Under the pieces are notes generated by a model. The model had not been told where the DNA came from and did not search any database. It saw only the letters and a list, made by a program, of their open reading frames with translations. From positions 1,054,789 through 1,118,788 of the forward strand of contig NW_019091356.1 in the NCBI RefSeq assembly GCF_001949145.1: DNA of 64,000 nucleotides, given 5' to 3'. Position 1 is the stretch's first letter; every line of letters begins with the position of its first letter. Below, one piece after another: positions 13,461 to 45,294 of the stretch. Made by a program: the position numbers and the translations under genes. The stretch is from Acanthaster planci. Its lineage: Eukaryota.

Positions 13461-14371
13461 TCAAGAATCATCTTCGTAGTACTCCTCTCCTTGCATCTGT
13501 CGCATCAGTGCCATGAGATCCTTGTTGATTTTGTTCTCCTCTTGGCTTCCCCGGTCGTCTCCAGAGTCCATCTCTTCCTCCTCGTCATCTTCTTCAGCAT
13601 CCTCAAGGTCATTTGCATGAAGCTGTCGATGTGAAGCTGACTGAAGGTCATCCAGTGGTACTTTGTTCACAGCGTTATCAACATCCAATAAGTCTTTCTG
13701 CTGTATACAACAGTACGGGGATTACTTTTGCATTGCAAGTTAATAAACAATTTGAAGTGCTAACAGGTACATCTACAACAGAATTTTGAATAAAGAACTC
13801 AAACTATTTGTACACTGTTCTCCATGTTTAGTTCTTCCTATGTCTTATTTACATGATCTAAATGCCTCATCCTGGGGTATATGTACAATACATGTATGAA
13901 CATTTATGTTGGGGATAATTACATTTGTCATGTTTTCTGTTTAGTGTCATAGGCCTACCTTTGGTTGACTCAGTGACAATGAAAATGCTGGGTTGCCTTT
14001 CTCACTGGAGTTCCTCAGAAGGCTATTCAGATAAAGCTCCTCTTGCTAGAATAACAGAGAGACATATACATTAACATTGGTTCCTTGAGTAATTAAATAT
14101 CACATTACATTTACAAGACAAGACAACCTTTTGTCATGTAGGTTTCCCCACGAACTGTGCGTTTCGTCACAAGCTCCGTAGCGGAGTCAAGCATCATGCG
14201 TCATCATGGCGTCATGCATGTGCGGCAAACATGACGAACCCCTTGGACACCGGCAAATAAACTTTAACGTTTTCCTACCTTCAAACGATTGATCTGCTCC
14301 TTGATCATCATCTCTATGTCCTTTAAAGCCTTTTCTTCTTCTTTCAAGTATTTCAGTTTTGACAACAACAT
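13461..14371 (-). CDS. SNAPC5: snRNA-activating protein complex subunit 5 (SNAP19), 139 aa
   Basis: Exons 14371-14279, 14045-13959 and 13700-13461, phase-0 GT-AG. Translation: MLLSKLKYLKEEEKALKDIEMMIKEQINRLK/QEELYLNSLLR.../QKDLLDVDNAVNKVPLD followed by an acidic tail. It aligns with human SNAPC5 MLSRLQELRKEEETLLRLKAALHDQLNRLKVEELALQSMI...VDNEASIN...EEEEE as recalled. Confidence 0.88.
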
Positions 14372-15732
14372 TGTTACTAATAAATTTGCTCCACTTAAAC
14401 AGTGTCAAGTACCATCACACATTAGGTTCACGAGCCAAGTGAGTCGCCATTTTGATAGCTGGTATGGTGCTCTGTAGCTCGAAAGATACAAATACTGGGC
14501 GACGGAAACCAGTTACAGTTTTTGCTGGCTTAGACGTCTAGCGCCACCAATTTGAACAAACATTGTACTTGATTGAGATATAATAATGTCAAGTTTCTCG
14601 CATCGTATCTTAGGTGATGTTGACGATACCAAATTTCAACTAAAAATGCACATCACTGTCGATAGAAAGGAGAGGCATTTCCCCCTTATAAAGACATTTC
14701 TTCTTGTTCTTCATTTTCTCTAAGGTTGTAAAGTTCTCTTCTGAAAAAAAAAATAAAAAATCAAGACCGATTCTGTTAATACATGTATTTTGAAAATCGC
14801 CCGAATATCTTGGATTCGTTTGTCATTATTGTCTGTCAAAAACTGGAACACGACTTTTGGGTCTCATTTTGTTTCATTCGCATTCTTCACTACTGGTCCA
14901 ACCCTTTGCACCCCAGGCTAAATTGACACTTGAAGATACACACCACTTGTAAAAATGTTGTGCACCTTGGTATTTCACCGTACATTTATAATTGGCGTGG
15001 TATCAGTGCGTAGTGCGTACGTGAGTAGTGTGCTTTCGCAATTTCAGACTGTTAACAGTTGTTCATTATGGTGATTTGAAGTTGTGCCTGCATTTTGCTC
15101 TTACAGTAAGGTAACGATGATACTGATTTTTTTCCTCTTATATGGTACACTCCATGTTCATACTCATCATAGGCCTACAGTGTACTTCTCGAACAAGTGC
15201 CATGATTGCTCGCGCTCTCAAAGTGCACACTCGCTGAGGTCATATTTCCGGTTTAAGGCAGAGTGCCGAAGCACCGAGTTGAACCAGCGGAGTGATAAAC
15301 AACAAATCGTCATTCATTCCAAATTTCTACATGTTACCAATATCCTTCAGTCATAAAAATCTAATATTACATATCTGTCCTTAATCTCAATTTAGGGACT
15401 GCTTCAATTGAGCATCTTTTTCTTGTGATGTGCGAACTATTTCATGGGACAATAGTTTCCATGCGGATGACTTTCCCGAAATAGCAGCATTGTGAGTAGG
15501 CCGACCTCAATTCGTGTATAGTTTTAGTAATGTGTGCTCATCGATGGTGTACATGTATTTTGGTCATTAGCTAGCATAGATCCCCCGTTCATTCGCAGTG
15601 ACCTCAAGTGTCAAGATATTTCCTTTCAAATTTCATCTGGGTCTGAAAGGCTCAGCATCTCCTCGGGGCTGTAGTGGCTAGAGTCACACGAACCAAGTCC
15701 CTTCCAATTTTACCGAATTTCGGCCGAAGAAA
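14372..15732. promoter_or_regulatory. Divergent (head-to-head) promoter region shared by SNAPC5 and Smad2/3
   Basis: The start codons at 14371 (-) and 15733 (+) point away from each other, 1.36 kb apart. A YY1-like CAAAATGGCG lies on the minus strand near 14445-14454, and the palindrome TAGACGTCTA is at 14531-14540. Confidence 0.5.
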
Positions 15733-34264
<18,532 letters not shown>

Positions 34265-37200
34265 GTTGGGCCGTGCCCTGCCCTGCCCTGCCCTGCCCTC
34301 TCTCCCCCAGCTGACTCTCAGTCTTGTCAAATTTCATCAGGACTCCCATGCCCAAAGCCACTTGTCAAGTGGTGAACTGTTTGATGAAGTCACAGTGGCT
34401 GACAGGCTTAGGGAGGAAGGGAAGAGGGTTACTTACCCATAAACCCTGAAGAGTGCTCCCTTGACAAGAATTAAATTCATCTCAGAAATTCTATCCAAAT
34501 TTCTCTGGGGCCGTTCATTTATTTTTTGATGGTGTATCTATAATCACGCAGAGCTGATGTTGTCACTTCTGTCTCTCAAATGTTTGAGGGGATGAAAATT
34601 TGCATACGCCACACTTATTAAAATCAAATATATATATCTCATCAGTGTATAAAATATTTAGAGATTCAGGCTTTTGGTCCCTTATTGCTAACTGTTGCAT
34701 AAGAGACTTGTGACATTTTTGTTCAAATTTATAATGCTTGCAAACAATAGGGGGTTGCACTGACAGATTTCAGAAAAATGCAAACTGCATATCTTCACGG
34801 GATGGTTTGATTTGGAAAATTTCCTTTCGCATTGCCTTTGAAATGGTATTTCCGCCTGGTCCAATTTTCTTTTTTCCTCCGTATTTTATCTGGCAAGGAG
34901 CTGTTGGCTACAGTGTAAGTGTAGCTCAACGCTGCTTCATCGCCAGGAGAAAATGCAGCTTTGAGCTTACTTGCTGTAGGATGTTAAGTCCGGTGCGTTA
35001 CCACCTATACTCAAGTCTGGATGGCTGTTGAATTTTTACACACACCACCATCTAGGCTTTGTTCAGATTGAATCTTGTGGGACAGCCCCAGCAGTGACAC
35101 TCGAAAAGTTTTATTTTTAATCGTCGTTGACGGGGAGAAAATGGAAAGAAAGCAGCTGTAAACAATTTTTAAAAAGTAAGAATATTTTTATGAGGATTAA
35201 TAGTGTATGATAATCTTGCTTCTTATAGGTCGTTAAAGTGCTTGAACATGATGCATTGTGTGCTGATAAGACTGTAAGGCTAAACGTGTCGTTACTGTGT
35301 CATTTTGTTGCTGATTTGATCATTTTTGTCCACTTACCTTTATATCTCTCCCGTAACCCTGGTCATCATCACTTTTTCTCAGGCAGTTGTTCCTGGCAGT
35401 TTGATCTTTACAGTTTACCGATCTCTTAAAGATGGAAATTTCAAGAATTTGTCGACTGAACTTGTAAATCACAGGACCTGTATGCTCGGAATCTCACTGA
35501 ACCTAACTTAGGTTCCATTTTTAAGGAGACCACAAGTTGACCTTTATGTATGCTACGTTTTAAAAGAGTTATTAAACCCCATGTAAAGCAATTGTGTGTA
35601 TGCTTCATCTTCCTCACATCCTCCAAAATCAATCAAACCTTGATGGATCATTAGGGATCTGGTGGATTGGGTTAGCAATGAGTGTGTTCGGTTATCAATT
35701 TATAGAAAATTATATTACATTCTCATCGGGCAGATTTTCTGGAATGGTCCCGGTAGTGATCCTGAACCATTAACGAAAATCAAATGCAGGTATTTGTTTT
35801 TTGTTTTTCCCTTCATTCTTCATGAAAAAAAAAAAGCCAGATGACTTGACAAATGTTTTATTCAGAATGAAGGTACCAGTGATGCTCCCCCAGCCGCGAG
35901 AGTTCCACCGGCAGGTTTTGACCTTGGGACTGTTTGTTTGACACGGAGCTGGATCGCACTCAGTGATCCTAACACTGGTTAACACTATCCATTAGGCAAG
36001 TTTTGGTGTCCCTAAACCAACGAGGGATCACTGATTGTAAACCAAAGCTGTGTGAAACCTCTGGTCTAGGCTCGCAGAGTGAGGGTTCCCACGATTGTTC
36101 TTCCTTCATACTGTGCCCATTCATAAGTAGAGTTATCTTGGCTTCAAAACTAGAGGTGAGTCTCGTAGCTTGGTGCATCCAATATGAAAATGTATTGAGA
36201 CAATCACATCATCTTTTACTGTTCTGTTGTAGAAGGGTAAACCTTTTTTCCCCCTTTTTATTTTAAAATTGGGTTTTTCCTTTTTGAATGGATATTTGGT
36301 GAAGCATTTGTACATACTGCTCACTTCTGGCCAGTTTTTATTTTACATTACGTCGCATTGGTGCTATAAGGTCCTTAAAAAAATTGTGCTAGAAGATCCT
36401 TATTGGAAAATACTGCTTACAAAAGGAATTGATTGAGAAGATTGGGTGAAACTTAAATGTACATGTCCATGTACGGGTAAAAAATAATGTTGAAAATAAA
36501 ACCGTTTGGAATGCAGTCTGTTCCACCCCAAAAATCTTTTAGTTTCAGAAGAAGGCCCTAAGCTTATTTTTGAAAAATGTCACGACTGCACTGAGGACCT
36601 CAGAGCACTGACTTGGCTCATTTTTTTCCCTTGACAGGCTTGGGAAGAAACAAAAGCCTAAATTTCACGACAGATGTATTTTTGCAACTCAGATTTGTTT
36701 CACAACTTTTTTTTTAATCGCATGGTTGAGCTCCTATCATGCATGGCCATGACGCATTTTTGTTTGTTTTTCTCTCTCATCTTCTCTAAGGCCTGATTCA
36801 TTTGACAGTGGAAATGTTGATGTGAAGGTTCACGGTTGTGGGAATTTGGAAAGAAATGATAATGATCTTAATTTATAATTTATCAGTTGCATCTTGCATG
36901 TAGGAATGGTGTGTGTCTGGGCACTGTTTGAAAAAAAGTCGCCGTTTTATGTTTATTAATCAGTGTATTACTGTGTAGATTGAAGAGGATATGTCACAGG
37001 AAACGGACTGAAAAAAGGTGATATAAATTTAAAATACATGCCATGTAAAAACAAAAAATAAAAGCCATACGCTGTACATTTGTGTAAATATGTAACTATT
37101 GCTTAAAGCACTTTTCTGTAGAATTTCTTCTTGAGAAAAAAAAAAGCTGTTTCCTCTTTCTGTGCCATCTCTTATCTCTTTACTAAGAGGAAAGTGCCCC

Positions 37201-38184
37201 GGTTACCCGCAGTTAAATTTAATCACTTCTCTCAAATGTAATTCACCATGGGACTTGCGAAGTATATCGTTTGAAGATGGTGAACTTCGGAAAGTCAGCA
37301 AGATTTGTGAATGCCATTATTGTTGGAGAGAGTTGCAACACGCAAAGCAAAATTGAAAGGGGCTGATTATTATTTTCAACTACACCTCAAGGGAGGCCAA
37401 ATTTTAGGGACACATTACACATACCAGTCTTTGTGATCTTGAGACATGAAGTCGTGTAATACCACAAGTCCAGGATTTGTTTCTGTGCCATAACTCACCG
37501 CACTTTAGTGTAGGTATTTTCTTCTCAAAAAGACCTATGCTCACTCACTCCCTATTGAATTGACCAGCTACAGTTGTAACCATGAACAGCCCCTAGTGAA
37601 CGAGAAGTTAATTAATTATATTACTATTTGGTTTAATTTTTCAGTTGCCTTTTGGTCGCTTACTTGAATAAGGAGAATAATTATTTGTCACTGGCTTAGT
37701 GAATTTATATCTTATCTTGAAAATGATGAGTTTATAATTACCATTCCAGAAAGGGTCTACCAATAAGCACTCTTTAATGAAGAGCATCACCCAATAATTC
37801 TGTTTTTATGAACTATTCTGTGTACATTTGACACATCATTGGCTGAAAAAAATGACGTATTGTGCTGCTATAGTTCTGCTGACGTTTTCCCACAGAATTT
37901 AGCAATGTCATATTTTCGTTTTGTGGTTATGTTTCATTCTGATATGTTTCTTGCGAACAGTCGGATAATTTAATGTCATAAAATGATCATAACGTCTGAG
38001 CTGTTGCACTTGCACATTACGGAACCGAGAGCTTTTTATGTAAGACTCAAACAGCCGTGTGATGTAATGTTCTGACGGCTGTTTCAGTGTGGTATTTGTC
38101 GTGTAGTCAAAATGTCTTCTGGGTAGCAAAGCTAAATGCTAATTCTGTGTTGGTGCTTGCATTGTTAATGTAGACGATTATTTC

Positions 38185-38270
38185 AATAAAATGACAAAAT
38201 TGTAAACAAAAAATAAAATATACTATTATTAAAACAAATTGGTGTTTGTGGACGTTCTGTGTGTCTGTTA
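38185..38270 (+). terminator. Probable distal polyadenylation signal of Smad2/3 (3' UTR about 3.9 kb)
   Basis: AATAAA at 38185 and 38212, followed by a GT-rich tract (ggtgtttgtggacgttctgtgtgtctgtt, 38241-38269). Other AATAAA hexamers lie at about 36495 and 37057. Confidence 0.5.
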
Positions 38271-39604
38271 TCCACAAAACATAGTTGGCAATCAGTTATT
38301 AAACTCGACATGTTTTCTTGTCCTAGAGACAAGTGAAGATTATCTGGAAGGAAGTCCATTCCTGTGGAAAACAAATCATGTTGGTATTTTTAACATTTCA
38401 TTTAGGAAGTCCCGTCTAACTGAAGTTGATCTTCCCCCCTCAGTAAAACTTTCAAACAAGAAACTCCGTCCTCTAATCCTTCTCAGTTGAATCCTCAGAC
38501 AACCCGTAAATCGACGCGGCGATCACACTCGTCTGTGACCTGTCAGATGGAATTAGGATGTCACGTCAGTTACAATGGAAGAGTTGTCGTTGCGGATATT
38601 GGAGAGAGACGATACGTGGAGACGTGCAGTTTCGTTGGTTTCGTTAAACGACGTGTACTTACTTGAATGTCGGTTGAAATGAAACTAACATTTACTTTGT
38701 AAGTAAATTCTCGATTACATTTTGCTGTGTGTGATATCTATTATAGAATGGAATGATCATTTGTCGACATCAGACGCATGGAGCTGGTCTTTAAAGACGT
38801 CGAAAAATACGAACAAGCCTTTCTGAGCTACTGGAGACCGCAATATTAGAGGGCGCTCTTTGGCCTCTGTGTACAAAGGCGCGAGAGCCGGTGATTGCAA
38901 CAAAGTGCTACACAGTGGTAACGGAGGTGAAAGGCGCTGTTCATTATCGTGTCTGCCATATATGGCTGACGATTAATTACGTTGACGTCTGACACCGTCA
39001 TGAATAATTGCCGAAAAGGTTAGCTCAATTAACTCTTACAGTCTTCAGTCGTCCAATTTCAATATAATATTACCTACAACCCAGGGGGGGGGGTGGGGTA
39101 TGGTGTTATGACCCAAAACTTTGAAATTATTGCTACATGTCTTAATTTTCGAGGGAAAGAGTAAGTAACCAATGATTTTGGGGGACCCCAACTTTCAAAA
39201 GTTTCAAGATATTTATGCAAACTCAGGACATATTCGAAAGGTACATACAAAACTATCCAAAAGTTGTTTGTGCTATAGCTGTAATTATACGTAACCAATA
39301 AACGTTGTAACCATAACACCAGAAACCTGCTTGGATTGGACAACTGGATAATGTTAAATAGAAGACTTCGAGATGGACTCCTAGCGTCCTAGACTTGTTT
39401 TCAGACGTGAAATTACAACCCAAACCACAAAGCACCACATTTGAAGGCGTGGCCAGACTTCTTCCGGGATGTGTGCTCTGCATTAGCCTTTATACTCGAC
39501 TGTCGTTTGGCCAGTACAGCGCAATCTTCAGACAAGATTTAGGGAAGAGAGACTAAAGGCATAAGAAGTAGCCGGCAGCAATACGAGCGCTTCACGATAG
39601 CGCG

Positions 39605-39730
39605 CCTCCAAGAGTTTGCAACGCGTTGGCCAATCACAATGCACGAAATCTGTCGACCCAACGCGCGTTTGGAAAGGGTCGACAGATTTCGCGCATTGTG
39701 ATTGGCCAACGCGTTGCAAACTCTTGGAGG
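39605..39730. repeat. 55-bp inverted repeat (1 mismatch, 16-nt spacer), hairpin/MITE-like
   Basis: cctccaagagtttgcaacgcgttggccaatcacaatgcacgaaatctgtcgaccc (39605-39659) pairs with 39676-39730. Confidence 0.9.
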
Positions 39731-39804
39731 TGGGCTTTTGTGAATCGTTTGTATTATAAATCCGGCAGGTAAGTCCAAAACGCAGTGTTGCGTTTGAAAA
39801 TGCC

Positions 39805-40335
39805 TTCACTCATCACTCTTGTGTGCAAATGCCTTGAACATGTCATTCACCGCCGTTTAATGTACCACATTGAACGTCACCTGATCTTTACATACTGCCA
39901 AAAAAAAAATGGGTTCAGGAAAAATAGGGGTGTGATACACAACTTCTCATCGGGCGTCGACAATATCGCCAAGTCAACTGAAAAAGGAAAACAGGTGGAT
40001 GCAACATTCTTAGATTTTTCGAAGGCGTTTGATCGCGTTCCACACCAAAGACTCCCCATCAGACTAAGCACGACGGGATCACCGGCAATGTGTACAATTC
40101 AACCATTGCAAGACTTGCCATGCTATATAAGATTACCCATGGCCTAGGTGAAGTCCAACATGACCTCAAAACCCAATCCAGAATTCATCGTATATCTCAC
40201 CGGTTCTCCTACCACCGACCAAATGCAAAAAAACAACAAAATTCTACAGTACCAGCTTCTACCCATTCACCATACGAAAGTGGAATAGTCTACAGGAATC
40301 CACTGTTAACTTACCCGACTTGAACTAGTTAAAGA
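39805..40335 (+). mobile_element. Degenerate, internally deleted non-LTR retrotransposon (LINE, CR1/L2-like) ORF2 remnant
   Basis: RT motifs SLITLVCKCLEHVI...GFRKNR...QVDATFLDFSKAFDRVPHQRL. In other frames these are followed by C-terminal LINE motifs RLAMLYKITHG and SFYPFTIRKWNSL. Frameshifts and stops are present, and the YADD core is absent. Confidence 0.85.
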
Positions 40336-40490
40336 ATGACATGTCTTATTTTATTTGAAGGGAGAGGAATCAAAACATTATCCTCCAGCTCTGTCACGCA
40401 TCCCCAACTCCAGTGGGATGCAGAATCTTCTGTTTTGCTGGAGCAACTTGATACATACAGGTGTAACAAATTATTATCGCCTTACGCACA

Positions 40491-40666
40491 CAGGGGCGTG
40501 GCGAAGGCATTTTCTGGGGGAGGGTGAGAGTCAATTTGCTGATTTATAACATGTTTGCTAACCTCATGTCGTGTAAAATATGGAGAATGGAAATCTAAAA
40601 AAATCTATTTGCTGACTGGAATTAATGGGGGGGGCACACCCCACATTCCCCGTCTTTAGGCCCCTG
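40491..40666. mobile_element. Short CAGGGGC...GCCCCTG terminal-repeat element (MITE-like)
   Basis: Begins caggggcgtggcg and ends ggggggggcacacccc...taggcccctg. Confidence 0.35.
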
Positions 40667-42149
40667 TATGTACTTGCATTCAAAATGCAAATATGGAAAC
40701 TTCGCCCCTTTGGCCAAATGCCACTCTCCTGATGGATACTCTGACTCTCAGTTAGCCAAAGCCTCCAGATTTTTTTCTCAAAAGTTATCCCACATTTCTC
40801 ATGGGCTTCCTCCTAAAAATCCGCAACTTCCCGATGGTTTATAGTGACCTTGGCCATGTCTCCACATCTCAACCGTCCCATCATTCAACACTCATGCGCT
40901 GCTACTGTCTTGGCCATCACTTTTACGGCTGTCGCTAGACGGGGGTGTCGGGGATGTCACAACCCCCCATTAGTTAGTTTTGTCGGCAAAATCATGGTCT
41001 GTCGACAAAATAAAAGAACGGGCCATGAAGATGAAAGGAAGGGGGATACTGTATACTCGTTTTGCGTGACGGTCCGTCGGCAAATTTCATGTGGCACCAT
41101 GCCACCCCATTCACGACGCCCGTGATCACTTTATGTAACGACAGTGAACGGTAATTGGAAACAGACCCCCACATCATGATTCATTGAAACTAATGAATGG
41201 TATATCATTTTTGACCGGGTTATAGATCAGGGAGAGGCGACGAGTCCATGGTACTGAATAAGACCGCAGCAAAAGGACGATAAAAACCAAAATGGGAGGC
41301 GTAATGGCGGCTGAGAGGGATGTGTATGTTATTTATTTTTCCTCTTCTCTATCCGGGAGAGCCACGTACGGGAAGGGTGGTTAGCAAGTCTGAAATTAAT
41401 GCAAGACTGGCTGTGGATAAAAAAGTAAGTTCTTGCTCACAGAACCTAAGAATCAACATGGCAAGGTAGAAAAGCCCTGAAATGTGTTCTACTGGGTTTT
41501 CCCGCTTGTACGTAAACTGCTCAGATGTGGAGGATTCTATGATAAAATGATCCGTTTATCCCGCTGTAAACTTCTCTATCATGGCCTAATGAGGGCGCAC
41601 TCTCCATGCGAGTTGATTTTCATGGTTTACTGGTGGTTGTTTATACAGAATAGTCATTGAAGATAACGCGCATTTCGGTTGTTTTTTTTTCCTAACCCGG
41701 CATCGGATTTCAAAAATTTCGAATAGGCCACCAGTCTGCATTGTAATTCAAGTACACATGAATCCTGATTCTTAAATAAATTACTTTTTGCACACAAATT
41801 AATATTGTTTTTGTTCTTCGGTTATATCAAATAAATGAACCCTTCCAGCGGACATGAGATTATAATTTAGTATGTCGCAATGGCATTTTGTGCAAAATGA
41901 TGAGCTCATGGAAATGTGACTGTTCCATTAAGGTCACCCCCACTTTGCGGTCAGTCTCTATTTACATTATTTGCATAATTCCAAAATGGAAGCCATGTCT
42001 TTTTCTGTCATGTAGAAAACATCAGTACTCACTAAAACCAGTTAAGTGGCTTAATTTAACCATTTCACTTGATGATTATTATCATCGTGACCTTGAGAAA
42101 AATTGATTGTTTTCAACATCTCCGAAAACTAGAGAAATGACCGAAACAA

Positions 42150-42300
42150 ATGGCGACGTCAGGTTCACACCAACTACGCGTTCCGATCAAAACAGTAGTC
42201 TGGAATGTATAATTGATCATGTGACCTTAGCAGTCTAGACAGTTTATACATCATCACAAAATAATAATAGACGGTCACAGTAGCCAGACAAGACGGGTTG
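42150..42300 (+). promoter_or_regulatory. Putative promoter of the second Smad2/3-like unit with GTCTAGAC (42233-42240) and further GTCT/AGAC sites
   Basis: CpG-enriched patch containing GTCTGG (42198), GTCTAGACAG, TAGAC (42268) and CCAGACAAGAC (42284-42294). It lies about 320 bp upstream of a candidate first coding exon. Confidence 0.4.
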
Positions 42301-42557
42301 CATGCATGGTCGCTGTGCACGTTGTGTGGATATCTTGAGTACAACTGAATGTGTTATGTGAAGACGATGTAGGCGAACTAGTTTGTCCCTAAAAATTCCT
42401 TCATCCGACACGATTCTGTGTAGATTTTGATGGCTTTCCACGTGCGGCCCGAACACCAGAGGTGATCGAGATTGTTGCCTGATCTTTTGTCTTTTTTATC
42501 CAGCGTTTTCCGGACGAAGGAAAACTGGGTCTTTGGGGGGAGTGTTGTCGTTGCAGG

Positions 42558-42606
42558 ATGCCCTTCGGATTCAAAAAGCGGAAACCGACCAGCGATATGA
42601 CACAAG
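42558..42606 (+). CDS. Candidate first coding exon of the MH1-less Smad2/3 paralogue (MPFGFKKRKPTSDMTQ)
   Basis: ATG with A at -3, 16 codons plus 1 nt, ending AAG|GTAAAT. The phase-1 donor is compatible with the phase-1 acceptor at 51915. No homology support. Confidence 0.35.
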
Positions 42607-45294
42607 GTAAATCAACATTTGCTTGGCTCACCATGGACAATCAGACAGTGACATGTAATTTAACGAGAATGGGTATTTTGGAAAAGAAGCACTTTTATTT
42701 TTTAAGACACTGCATTTATCCGTGCTATTGCTAAATCATATTTTGAAATTTCATTCAAAAAGCTGAATTGAATCATGGAGGTAGAAATAGACCTCCATAA
42801 TTGAATATAGGGCCTTCAAAGCCTAGAATTGCATGAATTTCAATGACTTGCGGTCCTTGTGATCAAACCACGTACCAAGGCTTAGGCCTACATGTATTTA
42901 TATTCATTTTTTTCAACAGTTTTGCAGTAATTGACCTTCATGAAGAAAAAAAAGTCAGGATGCCTGAAGTATCTCTTTACTTCTGCATTTTCTAACCATA
43001 TTGGCTTATTTTCAAGTTGGAAAACATAGGCCTACATCATACATGCCATGCATGTTTGAAAATGTTGTCAGTGTTGGACAAGAGTGGTCGATCTGCACAA
43101 TCGCCCTGCGTGATTGATCGATTCTCCACAGAATCTCCAACAAATTTATTTCCCTATTATTGAAACACACAGCCAAGAATAAGAAAGAAAAGGCCATTGG
43201 CTGATTGTAGAATTATTGACAAATCATGCTGTAAGATGTGATTGCACAAGGATCAAGCGATCATCATACACATGGACCGATTACGCCTAACATCAGTGTT
43301 CCATAGACCTCTTTTTACACAGCCAAAGACGTGGGATCAGGATACAACATATTTCTCCAGCGCTGACTTTTACCCACAACCTTACTAGAGCATGACAGTT
43401 TACCTACACATCAGTAATTTCAAATTTTACACAAAGGATTGACCACCTCTTGGTTGTTTCTGTCATCATTTTTGTGTGAGGCGTATCTTTTTTGTAATTG
43501 TTTGCATGTCACCCTAAATTTATTCAAATTCAGGAAGAGGACTCCATCACTCTAGTTACCAGATTTTTTTTGCCATTTACTGTGAAAACCAATTAGACCT
43601 CATAGTACATGTACACGTAGGTGCCCGAATGAAGGCAACTGTTATGTTCACGGATGTTAAATCTTTCTGTGACATGTATAGACCAAACCGATTAAGGCAA
43701 AATTACTGGTAGTTGTCAAGTCCAATGTTAAGAGGGTATTTTCAAAATTATAATTGCCCCTCCTAACAATATTAGGAGAATAGCAAAGTTACAAAACCAA
43801 ATTTCTTACCCAGTGGATTCTGTAGGCCTGTCAGTAAGCTTTGTGAAACATAAAAGGTCAGGTGGAATTACATGTAAGCCTTAAATAGTTTTCTCTCTGA
43901 TTATATGCCTCTAAAACATAGGGTTGGTAGGTTGGAAAATTGGGGGGGGNNNNNNNNNNNNNNNNNNNNNNNNNNNNNNNNNNNNNNNNNNNNNNNNNNN
44001 NNNNNNNNNNNNNNNNNNNNNNNNNNNNNNNNNNNNNNNNNNNNNNNNNNNNNNNNNNNNNNNNNNNNNNNNNNNNNNNNNNNNNNNNNNNNNNNNNNNN
44101 NNNNGGGAGGGGGGGTGGTAGGTTGGAAAATTGGGGGAGGAGGGAGGAAACAGGATATAACTTTTTCACTCGCGGATAAAAAGTTTAGGGTCGTGCCATA
44201 AAAATGGGTGGTCGGGTAACTGGAAGCTGAACTTTTTTTTGACCCAACTAATTGGGACTACTGGAGGATGACAAATCCAAGTAAATTATATTTCAATAAA
44301 TATTCATATTAAAAGTACATCGACACTGAATGATGGAACTGGCCGGCATTGAACATTTCATGTTGTTAGCATGCAGCACATACATGTACATAAAAAAGAC
44401 CAAAGCAGCAGTAATTAGTCATTTATGTTGACGAGAATGCTGTTAAATTTACCCTGACCTTAAAGACACAGCTGTTTTGTCTGATTTTGCTGTTGAGGAG
44501 CAGTTGGACCTTGAGGAGATAGGGCTCTTACATGTACGTTCCAATTACTGTACGGTACATGTACACATGTACATACATGTAGGTGGGACAGGCCCAACTA
44601 CAGCACAGAGTGCAAGGGCATGTTTGTTTTTGCGGATCGTGATCAGTGATTTGTCATTGTTTTCCGGACAGCAGAACTGCTATTGAAAGTTGCTGACTGT
44701 TGTTGGGCCAGCCCAACTCCGATAGTTAGAGCCTGACGCGGTCATCATGAGCAAGTTGACATGTGGTGTGAGCACAAAGCATCATGGAGCATGTCCTCTG
44801 TCTCATGTACATGTATGGTAGCGTGTATTTGAGTATTTTGAGAATCCTACTTATACAATCTCTTTATCAAGGGGCTGAGCGTACGAAATAATTTTGTATT
44901 TTTCAATCACTGTAATGCTTCAGATAGTTCTTTTGTTAAGAAATTTTGAAAGGGATTTTGTATTGGATTCAGAAATGTTAAACCTCGTCATAAATCAACT
45001 CTGTGATGCCACACCTTTATGTATTCCAAACAGCGCTCAGCTGCGTTGTGTGTGAGCTTGTACAACTGCACATTGTGCAGGGTATATTTTGGGACCGAGG
45101 AATTAAGTTTGCAAATTTGCCACATAAAGTGTTGCTTTCAACTAAGTCAGATGTCTGAAATGAAGTCCAAGGTGTCTGAAAGAAGTGGAGGTACATGAAA
45201 ATAACGTTTACCCCTCTGGTGAAATCTTCATCCCACCCCCATAATGATAGAAGGGCCATATGTTTCCAAACCAATTCAGGACTCATCTGTATGT

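Noticed and set aside
39714..39733. TGGAGGTGG (WRW) that might be an MH1 remnant
   Set aside because: It is part of the 55-bp inverted repeat arm, and the flanks do not encode MH1.
43950..44104. N-gap possibly hiding the duplicate's MH1 exons
   Set aside because: The estimated 155 nt is flanked on both sides by the same ggtaggttggaaaattgggg repeat, whereas MH1 needs two exons of about 195 nt. Unlikely, but gap sizes are estimates.
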